This document shows, one piece after another, positions 1 through 8,320 of a stretch of 64,000 bases of DNA. Made by a program: the position numbers and the translations under genes. The number at the start of each line of letters is the position of its first letter. Positions within the stretch are counted from its first letter, which is position 1. Under the pieces are notes generated by a model, which was not told the origin of the DNA, did no database searches, and was given only the letters and a program-made list of their open reading frames with translations. Source of the DNA: Oscillospiraceae bacterium (GTDB lineage Bacteria > Bacillota > Clostridia > Oscillospirales > QAMX01); contig SVLY01000008.1 in the NCBI GenBank assembly GCA_015067715.1, forward strand, positions 740 through 64,739. The letters run 5' to 3'.

Positions 1-230
1 CCGCTTTTTTCAAAGAGAACGTCCCCGCCGCTGAATATCTCGGGGGTGGTCATAATTAGACATCCCCCTTTAAAGGGCCTGTACTGATTACTCCTCAATG
101 TATAGCTATTTATAAATCTGTCAGACAGCATATCGTATTTATAATTATTATCACTGTCGCTATCCTTTTCACAGGCAGAAAAGTTTACCAACGTGAATAG
201 AAGTAATAGCAATGCGATCATGCGTTTCAT
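1..230 (-). CDS. lipoprotein, N-terminal part only (gene runs off the left edge); paralog of 57248..58579
   Basis: Not in the ORF track because there is no stop in the window. Manual minus-strand translation from the ATG at 230 gives MKRMIALLLLLFTLVNFSACEKDSDSDNNYKYDMLSDRFINSYTLRSNQYRPFKGGCLIMTTPEIFSGGDVLFEKS. AAGGAG lies 9 nt upstream. Lipobox is VNFSA-C. The YxYD and SNQY..F.GG segments align with the other lipoprotein. Confidence 0.6.
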   Translation of the reverse strand, partial: MKRMIALLLLLFTLVNFSACEKDSDSDNNYKYDMLSDRFINSYTLRSNQYRPFKGGCLIMTTPEIFSGGDVLFEKS

Positions 231-265
231 GCTGTGAGGCTCCTTTCCGTTAAGAGAATTTAGTT

Positions 266-300
266 TCGGCGCGGGATGTAAAACCTACATCCCGCGCCGA
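266..300. other. perfect 15-bp stem / 5-nt loop hairpin between the secreted-protein gene and the lipoprotein gene
   Basis: Sequence is tcggcgcgggatgta-aaacc-tacatcccgcgccga. On the transcribed (minus) strand the U-run precedes the stem rather than following it, so this is not a canonical terminator. It may be an intercistronic stabiliser or processing structure. Confidence 0.55.
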
Positions 301-308
301 AAAAACAC

Positions 309-824
309 TTACTTCATCGCGGGTTCGCCAACAACAAGGCTAAAGGTCTGGTGGTTGGTTTGGCCGTTGCAAATAAGCGTAAGTCTATGCGTAGATTCAA
401 TACTGAAAACGACGCCCATACTTGAAGTTTTATTAACACGAGCCATAGCATACATCGTTCCGTTGTATGCGCCCGCAGGATCAGTTGTGTCATCCGAAAC
501 GGTAGAGCTCAGCGTAGTCGTTCTGTAATTTGATGCAGAAGACCCGCTTGGATAATGCCAGAATTTTGCAGATACGTATGACGTACCGGAAGCAGTATGG
601 CTGTCTACATCATGCGAAAAATAGGTAATTGCATATGCATCATCCCCGTTATGGTATACTGCACTCTCTGCATATGAGCTAAACGTGGAAGCGTTGCATG
701 GTTGTGTAAAATACGCATAATCCGAATCATCGGGAACGTATGCACTTGCCGGAAGAGCGATTATCGCAACGAGCATCATTACAAGTGCCAGCGTTACAAT
801 AGATAAGCGCCTTGTTTTGTTCAT
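309..824 (-). CDS. small secreted protein of unknown family (171 aa); paralog of 58645..59112
   Basis: Signal peptide MNKTRRLSIVTLALVMMLVAIIALPASA. SD-like GAGGTG sits upstream of the ATG. Shares YVSAKFW.YP.SGSS..YRT, VF.IES.H..T..CN and the C-terminal GEPAMK with the 58645..59112 product. Confidence 0.75.
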   Translation of the reverse strand: MNKTRRLSIVTLALVMMLVAIIALPASAYVPDDSDYAYFTQPCNASTFSSYAESAVYHNGDDAYAITYFSHDVDSHTASGTSYVSAKFWHYPSGSSASNYRTTTLSSTVSDDTTDPAGAYNGTMYAMARVNKTSSMGVVFSIESTHRLTLICNGQTNHQTFSLVVGEPAMK

Positions 825-893
825 TGTTACACCTCGTTTTTTTATATTATTCTCTTAATTCACTCAGCACGATAAGCCCCGGCGAAAAGAGAA

Positions 894-916
894 CAAAAAA
901 ACGCCTTACCGGCGTT
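894..916 (-). terminator. weak intrinsic-terminator-like hairpin inside the leader of 309..824
   Basis: Minus strand reads aacgcc-ggtaa-ggcgtt followed by TTTTTTT. The stem is only 6 bp. It lies between the leader promoter (1138..1166) and the ATG at 824. Confidence 0.35.
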
Positions 917-1015
917 AAACAGAAAATATGCAGTCCGTAACGTTTCGTGCAACGTCAGGCCCATCAGTGAAGTTCGGAAAATATATTCCGCTCTTCAAAA
1001 AATACTCTGCATTTT

Positions 1016-1090
1016 TCAGATCCCATCCTCAAAACACCTGCCGGAAAAGGTGTTTTGAGGACATATGTAAAGTACGATTTTCAGGAACAT
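1016..1090 (-). CDS. candidate 24-codon leader ORF (MFLKIVLYICPQNTFSGRCFEDGI)
   Basis: GGTGGAGG lies 8 nt upstream of the ATG at 1090, just downstream of a near-consensus promoter. A comparable 28-codon ORF occupies the same position in cassette copy 2. Coding status is unproven because a 12-bp hairpin lies inside it. Confidence 0.25.
   Translation of the reverse strand: MFLKIVLYICPQNTFSGRCFEDGI
1027..1060 (-). promoter_or_regulatory. 12-bp stem leader hairpin followed by GGATGGGATC
   Basis: Minus strand reads cctcaaaacacc-ttttccggca-ggtgttttgagg, then (ga)GGATGGGATC at 1019..1028. Copy 2 has a different-sequence hairpin at the same relative position, followed by GGGATGGATC. Confidence 0.5.
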
Positions 1091-1137
1091 TTCTGCATCC
1101 TCCACCTTATCTTTCATATTTGCGTTTCCGCAAGAAA

Positions 1138-1166
1138 ATGATAACATATATTTAAAGATTTGTCAA
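1138..1166 (-). promoter_or_regulatory. sigma-70-type promoter of the leader/secreted-protein unit
   Basis: Minus strand reads TTGACA-17 nt-TATCAT. The spacer is visibly homologous to the copy-2 promoter (ctttaaatatatgt vs ctttatctctgtgt). Confidence 0.45.
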
Positions 1167-1215
1167 CAGTTTTCATCTCACATTTTATAATTTAATTTGA
1201 CAGTTTGACACTTTA

Positions 1216-1265
1216 CGGAAAAAACTCAAAAGAAATTGCAGACGGGCAATACTTTGCCCGTCTGC
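1216..1265 (-). terminator. intrinsic terminator of the isomerase gene
   Basis: 12-bp stem gcagacgggcaa/ttgcccgtctgc with a 4-nt loop. On the minus strand it is followed by the U-rich aatttcttttgagtttttt. Confidence 0.7.
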
Positions 1266-1292
1266 AAATTAAAGCTGTTTTGCGTTTTCACC

Positions 1293-2261
1293 TTACGCCC
1301 ACCAGATCTCGGTGGGTTTGCCGGCCTTGACTATGATGCCCTTGAGGTATTCAACGGCCTTTTCAAGACCCTCTTCGGGAGCCATAAGGCTGTCCTCGTG
1401 CTCGATGGAGATCGAACCCTCGTAACCGGCAAGAACGAGCTGGCTCATCATCTCGCGCCAGACAACGGGATCCATACCGAAGCCGACGGAACGGAAGATC
1501 CATGCGCGGTTAGCCTCGTCGGTGTAGGGCTTGGTGTCCAGAACGCCGTTGGCGGCGGTGTTGTACTTGTCGATCTTGGTATCCTTGGCGTGGAAATGGT
1601 AGATCATGCCGCGAAGCTCGCGAATGGCGGCGGCGGGGTCCATACCCTGCCAGATAAGGTGGGAGGGGTCGAAGTTGGCGCCGATGATGGGGCCAACGGC
1701 GGCGCGGAGCTTTTTGAGGGTCTCGGGATTGTAAACGCAGAAGCCGGGGTGCATCTCGAAGGCGATCTTCTTAATGCCGTGCGCCTGGGCAAAAGCGGCC
1801 ATATCCTTCCAGAAGGGAATGAGAACGTCGTTCCACTGGTATTCCAGAATGGCAAGGAAATCCTCGGGCCAGGGGCAGGTGACCCAGTTGGGATATTTGG
1901 ACTCGGGGCAATCGCCGGGGCAGCCGGAGAAGGTTATAACGGTCTCAACGCCCAGCTTTTCCGCCAGAAGAATTGCGTTTTTAAAGTCGGCAATAAATCC
2001 GTCGGCAACGGCCTTGTCGGGGTGGACCATGTTGCCGTGGCAGGAGAGAGCAGATATCTCAACGCCGGAATCGTCAACGGTCTTTTTAAAAGCGGCAAAA
2101 GCGGCCTCGTCGGCAAGAAGCTTTGCAGGGTCGCACTGACCCTTTCCGGGAAAACCGCCGCAGCCGATCTCGATGGTCTCAACACCGAGGCCGGAAAGAT
2201 AGGCCAAAGTCTCGTCCAGAGGCTTGGAGCCAAACATTGCATTAAGTACGCCGAGTTTCAT
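1293..2261 (-). CDS. sugar phosphate isomerase/epimerase (xylose isomerase-like TIM barrel)
   Basis: 322-aa ORF with typical family segments (IEIGCGGFPG, ALSCHGN, FEMHPG, SIEHED). GGAGGA RBS. The long plus-strand ORF 1236..2267 is its shadow. Confidence 0.85.
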   Translation of the reverse strand: MKLGVLNAMFGSKPLDETLAYLSGLGVETIEIGCGGFPGKGQCDPAKLLADEAAFAAFKKTVDDSGVEISALSCHGNMVHPDKAVADGFIADFKNAILLAEKLGVETVITFSGCPGDCPESKYPNWVTCPWPEDFLAILEYQWNDVLIPFWKDMAAFAQAHGIKKIAFEMHPGFCVYNPETLKKLRAAVGPIIGANFDPSHLIWQGMDPAAAIRELRGMIYHFHAKDTKIDKYNTAANGVLDTKPYTDEANRAWIFRSVGFGMDPVVWREMMSQLVLAGYEGSISIEHEDSLMAPEEGLEKAVEYLKGIIVKAGKPTEIWWA

Positions 2262-2332
2262 TTTTGATCCTCCGTAAACATAAAAAATAAATACAAATTC
2301 AAAACGCGAAAGCAGAGACCTCCGCTGATTAT

Positions 2333-2361
2333 ATTATATCAGCCGCACCCGGGTTTTTCAA
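2333..2361 (-). promoter_or_regulatory. sigma-70-type promoter for 1293..2261
   Basis: Minus strand reads TTGAAA-17 nt-TATAAT. Confidence 0.45.
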
Positions 2362-2479
2362 CTGTTTTTTCCGAAAATTTGCCGTCCTTTCCCCCCTGTA
2401 CCAACTGGACAGGGGAAAGGATTTGTAGTATACTTATCTATAAGATATCTTCTCCCCGGGAGGTGTGGGTCAGACCATT

Positions 2480-2893
2480 ATGAAGATCACCGTTATAGAC
2501 GGCCAGGGCGGAAAGCTGGGTGCAATGCTCACCGCCGCCATCAAGGCCGAGTTTCCCGAAGCTTTCGTTGCCGCCGTGGGCACGAACGCCATCGCCACAA
2601 ACGCAATGCTAAAAGCCGGAGCGGACTCTGCCGCCACGGGGGACAACCCCGCCGTTGTTGCCTGCCGCGATTCCAACGCGGTCCTTGGGCCCGTGGGGAT
2701 CTCAATTGCCGACTCCCTCCACGGTGAGGTCACGCCCAAAATGGCCCTGGCCGTTGCCCGCTGTCCCGGGATACGGGTGCTTTTGCCGATCAACCGCTGC
2801 AGCACCTTTATCGCCTGTGAAAACTCCACACCCACGGAGTACATAAAAAACGCAATGGCAATTCTGAGGGCAAATCTGGAGAGCGCAAAATGA
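2480..2893 (+). CDS. DUF3842-like small protein
   Basis: MKITVIDGQGGKLGAMLTAAIK... resembles the DUF3842 N-terminus as I recall it. The stop overlaps the ktrB start (ATGA, 2890..2893). The start is uncertain (GTG 2465 or ATG 2480). Confidence 0.5.
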   Translation: MKITVIDGQGGKLGAMLTAAIKAEFPEAFVAAVGTNAIATNAMLKAGADSAATGDNPAVVACRDSNAVLGPVGISIADSLHGEVTPKMALAVARCPGIRVLLPINRCSTFIACENSTPTEYIKNAMAILRANLESAK

Positions 2894-4233
2894 AAAGATC
2901 CGCCCGCCGACCCCTTGGGGTCACAAGACTTATCGCCCTTGGCTTTCTCGCCGTTATCGCCCTTGGCACGGTTTTGCTCATGCTCCCCTTTTCCGCAAAA
3001 AACGGTCAGGTGACGCCCTTTGCCAACGCCCTGTTCACAGCCTCAAGCGCCGCCTGCGTTACAGGTCTCACCGTTTACGACACCTTTTCCCACTGGTCGT
3101 TTTTCGGCCAGGCAGTTATAATCAGCCTTATCCAGATAGGCGGACTTGGTTTTGTGACCGTAATGGCTCTTTTCGCCCGGCTGCTCCGCCGTAAGGTCTC
3201 CCTTCGGGAAAGACTGCTCATCCAGCAAAGCGCCGGAGCGCTCACCGTGGGTGACGTTGGGTCGCTGGTGAAAAAGGTGATCCTCGCCACAGCCGCCTTC
3301 GAGGGGGCGGGAACGGTTTTGCTTGCGATCCGTCTCTGCCCGAAGCTGGGCTTTTTCCCCGGACTCTGGAGCGCTTTTTTCCATTCCGTTTCCGCATTCT
3401 GCAACGCCGGCTTCGACATTTTCGGCAGAACAGCTCCCGGCACCTCACTTATTTCCGTAAGCTCAGACCCGGTCATAATGCTTACGCTTTCCCTGCTGAT
3501 AATCTTCGGCGGCATCGGCTTTCTCGTGTGGAGCGATCTTTTCCGCTGCAGGCTGAGCTTTAAAAGGCTTCGCCTTCACTCAAAGCTTGCACTTGTCACC
3601 ACCGGCGCTCTGCTGATCTTCGGCTTCGTGTTTTTCACCGTGACCGAATGGAACGGCGCTTTTGCCGGGATGGGCTTTTTTGCAAAGCTTCTCCAGGGCT
3701 TTTTCTGCTCCGTTACCGTGCGCACCGCGGGATTTTTCACCCTTGATCTCACCGCACTCTCCGCGGCAAGCCTGCTGATAATGTGCGCGCTGATGTTCAT
3801 CGGCGGAAGCCCCGGCTCCACCGCCGGAGGAACCAAAACCACCACCCACGCCGTGCTCTTTGCCTCGGTAATTGCCACCGTCCGCCGGAAAAACTCCGTA
3901 ACCGCCCTTGGCCGCCGGATCTCCGAAGGCTCCGTCCGTCTGGCCGGTTCTGTGTGCACGGTATATATCGTTGCGATAATCCTGTTCACCTCGGCAATAT
4001 CCCTTCTGGAATCCACCGACCTTATGACCGCGCTTTTCGAGGTCACCTCTGCCATGGGCACGGTGGGTCTGTCCCTTGGGCTGACCCCCACTCTCTGCGT
4101 TGCGTCGAAGCTGATCATTTCGTTTCTGATGTTCGCCGGAAGAGTCGGCGGACTCAGCCTTGCTCTTGTCATAACCGAAAAGCGCGACTCCGGTGCCGTT
4201 GAAAAGCCGGAGGAAAACGTTCTTATAGGCTAA
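2890..4233 (+). CDS. ktrB: TrkH/KtrB-family potassium uptake membrane protein
   Basis: 447-aa polytopic membrane ORF with repeated pore-loop-like segments (ACVTGL, NAGFD, TAGF, GSTAGGTKT, AMGTVGLS), typical of the TrkH/KtrB family. Confidence 0.85.
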   Translation: MKRSARRPLGVTRLIALGFLAVIALGTVLLMLPFSAKNGQVTPFANALFTASSAACVTGLTVYDTFSHWSFFGQAVIISLIQIGGLGFVTVMALFARLLRRKVSLRERLLIQQSAGALTVGDVGSLVKKVILATAAFEGAGTVLLAIRLCPKLGFFPGLWSAFFHSVSAFCNAGFDIFGRTAPGTSLISVSSDPVIMLTLSLLIIFGGIGFLVWSDLFRCRLSFKRLRLHSKLALVTTGALLIFGFVFFTVTEWNGAFAGMGFFAKLLQGFFCSVTVRTAGFFTLDLTALSAASLLIMCALMFIGGSPGSTAGGTKTTTHAVLFASVIATVRRKNSVTALGRRISEGSVRLAGSVCTVYIVAIILFTSAISLLESTDLMTALFEVTSAMGTVGLSLGLTPTLCVASKLIISFLMFAGRVGGLSLALVITEKRDSGAVEKPEENVLIG

Positions 4234-4266
4234 AGCTATCAATATCACCTCAAAAGGAGGAATACT

Positions 4267-4920
4267 ATGAAATCAATTCTCGTTATCGGCATGGGGCGCT
4301 TCGGCTACCGCCTTGCCAAGACCATGATGGAGCTGAAAAACGACGTTATGGCCGTTGACACCAACCGTGAGTTCATCGAAGACCACGCAGACGAATTCAC
4401 CGACGCAAGAATAGCCGACTGCACCCGTGAAAGCGCACTTAAGGAGCTGGGCGTAGAGGATTTCGATATTTGCTACGTTTGCATCGGCTCGGACTTTCAG
4501 GCTTCTCTGCAGATAACAAGCATGCTCAAGGATCTGGGCGCTAAACGGGTGGTCAGCAAAGCGGGAAACGATTTCCACGCCAAATTCCTCCTTCGCAACG
4601 GCGCAGACGAGATCGTCTACCCCGAAATGGAAATGGCCGAAAAGCTCGCCTTCCGCCACAATACCCACAACGTCTTCGACTTTATCGAGCTCACCGACGA
4701 ATACGGTGTTTTTGAAATATCCGCCCCGGAAAGCTGGAAGGGAAAGACCATACGCCAGCTGGACGTGCGAAACAAATACGGAGCGAATATTCTGGCTATA
4801 AAATACGAAAACGGCACGTTGAATCCCCTGCCCTCACCGGACTACGTATTTGAGGACAAGAGCCACATCGTCGTGGCCTGCACCAACGCCACCGTGAGAA
4901 AGCTTGCCGGAAAAGCCTGA
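4267..4920 (+). CDS. ktrA: TrkA/KtrA-family K+ uptake regulatory subunit (RCK domains)
   Basis: 217 aa with an N-terminal Rossmann motif VIGMGRFG and a C-terminal RCK_C-like region. AAGGAGG RBS. Adjacent to ktrB. Confidence 0.85.
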   Translation: MKSILVIGMGRFGYRLAKTMMELKNDVMAVDTNREFIEDHADEFTDARIADCTRESALKELGVEDFDICYVCIGSDFQASLQITSMLKDLGAKRVVSKAGNDFHAKFLLRNGADEIVYPEMEMAEKLAFRHNTHNVFDFIELTDEYGVFEISAPESWKGKTIRQLDVRNKYGANILAIKYENGTLNPLPSPDYVFEDKSHIVVACTNATVRKLAGKA

Positions 4921-4943
4921 CACACCAAGGAGGATAAACGAAA

Positions 4944-5951
4944 ATGTCACCCAACACCTACAGAGAAGAGACCGGAGACGGCAACGCCTATCGCTTTGAA
5001 TACCTCGACGGACTTAAAGACCTGCTTGACAGAATGGACACCGAAGCCCTCCGCACCCGGGACGAATACGCAAAAAAGATACTCTCTGACCCCGAAAGCG
5101 CCAGATGGGATCTGAAAAATATGCTTGGCTGGCCCCTTAACGCCAAACCGAAGCCGATCCTCGGCACGAAGCTCATTCCCGTTTACGAAAACGAAGAGCA
5201 GAGCGTCTTCCGTATGCAGATCGAGGTCTTCGAGGGTGTCTGTTTCTACGGCATACTCACGCTGAAAAAGTCCGAAGAGCCCCTCCCCTTAGTCATCTGC
5301 CAGCACGGCGGCGACGGCGTTGCAGAGATGATCTCCGGATTTATCGACTCTTCAAACTACAACGACCTCGGGACCCGCATTTCTGCCCGGGGAGTTCACA
5401 CCTTCTGCCCCCAGCTTCTGCTCTGGCACAAGGAGATCTTCTCCGGCGATAACCGCCGCAACGCCGTGGACGGACGTCTGCGCCAGCTGGGAGGGTCGGT
5501 TACCGCCTTTGAGGTATACTGCATTTCCAGATGCCTTGACTATTTTGAAACCCTGCCCTGTGTTAACGGTCATTTCGGCATGGCCGGACTTTCCTACGGC
5601 GGCTTTTACACCCTCATGACCGCCGCAGTCGAGCCCCGAATCCGCACCGCCCACGCCGCCTGCTTTTTCAACTCCCGGGCGGCCTACCCCAACGAGGACT
5701 GGTGCTTTGCCAACGCGGCCTACACCTTCTACGATGCAGAGCTTGGCGCACTGGTCTGTCCCCGCGCGCTCTGGATAGACATTGCAGACGAGGACTTCCT
5801 CTTCTCCCCCGACCCGGCGATCCCCGAGTACGAAAGGCTGAAGGCGTACTACGCCGCGGCGCCGGAAAAGCTTAAATTCCGGGTGTTCCACGGAACCCAC
5901 GAATACCCCCACGACGAAGATCCCATAGATTTTCTTATTGCAAATCTCTGA
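4944..5951 (+). CDS. alpha/beta hydrolase (esterase-like)
   Basis: 335 aa with nucleophile elbow GLSYGG and a C-terminal His region (HGTHEYP). AAGGAGGA RBS. Confidence 0.55.
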   Translation: MSPNTYREETGDGNAYRFEYLDGLKDLLDRMDTEALRTRDEYAKKILSDPESARWDLKNMLGWPLNAKPKPILGTKLIPVYENEEQSVFRMQIEVFEGVCFYGILTLKKSEEPLPLVICQHGGDGVAEMISGFIDSSNYNDLGTRISARGVHTFCPQLLLWHKEIFSGDNRRNAVDGRLRQLGGSVTAFEVYCISRCLDYFETLPCVNGHFGMAGLSYGGFYTLMTAAVEPRIRTAHAACFFNSRAAYPNEDWCFANAAYTFYDAELGALVCPRALWIDIADEDFLFSPDPAIPEYERLKAYYAAAPEKLKFRVFHGTHEYPHDEDPIDFLIANL

Positions 5952-5986
5952 TCACAGATCAGACGTATAAAGGGAGGGCAAATACC

Positions 5987-7228
5987 GTGACCGACCGTCA
6001 GATACTCCGCGAGCTTGCAAAGCAGTACGCCGAATGCGCTCTCGACGGCAGAAGCGAAGAGAGAATAAAGCGCTACCGGGACATCAACGCCTTAAAGAAG
6101 GTGCGTCCGCCCGTGCTTGTATTTGAAGTGCCCTGGGGCGAATACGCAAACGAGCCGGAGATGCAGCTCAAATGCATTGACCCGGAAAACCGCAGAATTG
6201 AAGGAGATCTTCTCCGTCACCTGTTCCAGTTCCGCCATTTCCAGGGGGACTACGCCCTTCATGGCTACTGCCGTGTGAACGTTGCGGTGAGCGTAAGCGG
6301 AAACGGCCTTGAGTGCAGCGAAAACACAGCCCGGGTTGGAACCGGAACCGAGATCACCGCCCATATCTATCACGATACCATCCCCGACGCCGAGACCTTT
6401 CTGTCAAAGATAAAAACTCCCACCGTCACCCACGACACCGCCGAAACTCAGCGGAGGCTGGAATTCTCCCGTGATTTCTGGGACGGGATAATGCCGGTGA
6501 AAAAGGCCGGTGTTGGTCTGTATCTTGCCTCGTGGGATCAGATCCCCCGTTTCCACGGTGTTGAAAACTGCCTTATGGATCTCTACGACGACCCGGAATA
6601 CGCCCATCTGCTTATCTCCCGGTTCACGGAAAACCATATTGCCGTTATGAAGCAGTACGAAGCGCTTAACGTGCTGGACACAGATCCCCTCTACCTCCAT
6701 TGCACCCCCGCCGCAACCTACGACCTGCCGGTTTTGGACATGGACAGGGACGATATACGCCTTGAGCATATCTGGGCACGTGCCATGGCTCAGATATTTG
6801 CCTGCGTCTCCCCGGAGATGCACGAGGAGTTTGACCTGCAGTATACCCAAAAGCTCTTCGACCTCTGCGGCGCAAGCTACTACGGCTGCTGTGAGCCTCT
6901 TCACAACAAAATAGACAAGCTTCGCCGCTTCAAAAACCTGCGCCGTATCTCCATCACCGCATGGGCAAACGTGGACGAGGCCGCAGAAAAGATCGGTAGG
7001 GACTACGTTTTGTCCTACAAGCCAAATCCCGCCTTTGTGGCTTCTCCCGTGTTTGACCCCGAGCCCGTAAAGGCCGAGATCAAAGGTGTGCTCAAGGCCT
7101 GTATCCGCTACGGAACACCCTGCGAGTTCATTCTAAAGGACATAAGCACCACCGCCAACCGCCCGGAAAATCTGACCCGGTGGGTGGATACGGTGAACGG
7201 CGTTATAGACGAATATTTCCCCCGATAA
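5987..7228 (+). CDS. hypothetical protein (possibly a URO-D/MtaA-like TIM-barrel family member)
   Basis: 413-aa ORF with a GTG start after GGGAGGG. The family assignment is only a recollection of similar N-termini in Clostridia sugar loci. Confidence 0.5.
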   Translation: MTDRQILRELAKQYAECALDGRSEERIKRYRDINALKKVRPPVLVFEVPWGEYANEPEMQLKCIDPENRRIEGDLLRHLFQFRHFQGDYALHGYCRVNVAVSVSGNGLECSENTARVGTGTEITAHIYHDTIPDAETFLSKIKTPTVTHDTAETQRRLEFSRDFWDGIMPVKKAGVGLYLASWDQIPRFHGVENCLMDLYDDPEYAHLLISRFTENHIAVMKQYEALNVLDTDPLYLHCTPAATYDLPVLDMDRDDIRLEHIWARAMAQIFACVSPEMHEEFDLQYTQKLFDLCGASYYGCCEPLHNKIDKLRRFKNLRRISITAWANVDEAAEKIGRDYVLSYKPNPAFVASPVFDPEPVKAEIKGVLKACIRYGTPCEFILKDISTTANRPENLTRWVDTVNGVIDEYFPR

Positions 7229-7231
7229 ACG

Positions 7232-7268
7232 AAAAAGCCTTACAGAGAGCATCTGTAAGGCTTTTTTT
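7232..7268. terminator. bidirectional intrinsic terminator between convergent genes
   Basis: aaaaagccttacag-agagcat-ctgtaaggcttttttt (10-bp stem, A-run before, T-run after). Confidence 0.7.
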
Positions 7269-8170
7269 CAACCCATATTACTGCCGTTGAATTCACGCTC
7301 TTTTATAAATCCGATCAGCGCCTTTAAGCTGTTGGAAAGCCATTTGTTCTTATGGTAAACCAGCTGTTTCCATATATCGGCGTGAACGTCAGTCACATTT
7401 ACCTTCACAAGCTTGCCCTCGGCAAGCTTTTTTCTCGTAACAAAGTCCGGCAAAAAGGATATTCCAATGCCCTTCTCCAGCATCGAAGAAATGATGTCCG
7501 TTCGCCCTATTTCGAGAATGGGTTCTATGGTTATGGAAAGCCTGCCCATAGCCTCGTCAAACACACGGCGGTAGCCCATTCCCTTCTCCGTGAGAATAAA
7601 GGGCAGTCCTGCAATGTCCTTTAAGCTGACAGGGCCGAGGCCGGCATAATCCGAGGCCGCGCCGGTAACAAAATGCATGGGCACGCGCTCCTCCGTTGCG
7701 ATTATGTAATCGCTGTGGTATGCGTGGGTGTCCAGAGAGAGCATTAGGTCCGCCTCGTTTCTGTCCAGCATGCGGTACATATCCGTGGTATCAACGTTGG
7801 TAAACTTTATTGAAACCCCCGGAAAAAGAGTGTGGAATTCCTTGTAATTCCGGTTCAGCATATCCTCGCACACGGAGTCCGGCGCAACGATGTGCACGTG
7901 TCCCCCAAGCTCCGAGGGGCCGTTCAGACTCTGGTAAAACTCCTCCGTAGTTTCCCGGATATTTCTGGCGTACTCAAAAAGCTCCCGCCCCCGGTCGGTT
8001 ATGCGGATGGTATGGTTTATGCGCTCGAAAAGAAGACATCCCAGCTCCTGCTCAAGCTGTTTTATCTGAAAGGACACGGTTGACTGAGAATAGGCCAGCA
8101 CCTCTGCGGCCCTGGTGAAGCTGTTGAGCTCAGCCACGTGAACGAAGGTTATAAGATTTCTGATCTCCAT
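7268..8170 (-). CDS. LysR-family transcriptional regulator
   Basis: N-terminal HTH MEIRNLITFVHVAELNSFTRAAEVLAYSQSTVSFQIKQLEQELG, 300 aa. Divergent from the ABC importer. Confidence 0.9.
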   Translation of the reverse strand: MEIRNLITFVHVAELNSFTRAAEVLAYSQSTVSFQIKQLEQELGCLLFERINHTIRITDRGRELFEYARNIRETTEEFYQSLNGPSELGGHVHIVAPDSVCEDMLNRNYKEFHTLFPGVSIKFTNVDTTDMYRMLDRNEADLMLSLDTHAYHSDYIIATEERVPMHFVTGAASDYAGLGPVSLKDIAGLPFILTEKGMGYRRVFDEAMGRLSITIEPILEIGRTDIISSMLEKGIGISFLPDFVTRKKLAEGKLVKVNVTDVHADIWKQLVYHKNKWLSNSLKALIGFIKEREFNGSNMG

Positions 8171-8233
8171 TATTATATCCCCCTGCCGAATCTGCCATCG
8201 AATTTATTGATGGTGGATATCTAAAATTCAACT

Positions 8234-8262
8234 TTGACTAATGGCAGATTGTATTATATACT
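8234..8262 (+). promoter_or_regulatory. sigma-70-type promoter of the ABC importer operon, within the LysR divergent region
   Basis: TTGACT-17 nt-TATACT. An upstream inverted repeat ccatcgaatttattgatgg (ATC-N9-GAT) is a plausible LysR box. Confidence 0.4.
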
Positions 8263-8320
8263 ATGTGACGTAAAAAGGCAACCGCCCGATCAAGTAAAAT
8301 TTCAAGGGAGAAACAAAAAA

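Noticed and set aside
928-1155. 75-aa plus-strand ORF in the leader region of 309..824
   Set aside because: It has no RBS. It runs antisense to a promoter, SD and hairpin arrangement that is conserved in the second cassette copy. The composition looks non-coding.
1236-2267. 343-aa plus-strand ORF overlapping the isomerase gene
   Set aside because: Gly/Ala/Val-rich, low-complexity translation with no RBS. It is a typical antisense shadow of the well-supported minus-strand gene 1293..2261.
2262-2479. Possible c-di-AMP (ydaO) riboswitch upstream of the ktr operon
   Set aside because: I could not find the conserved ydaO-type motifs by eye. The region is short and mostly taken up by two divergent promoters. 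This needs an Infernal scan to be definitive.
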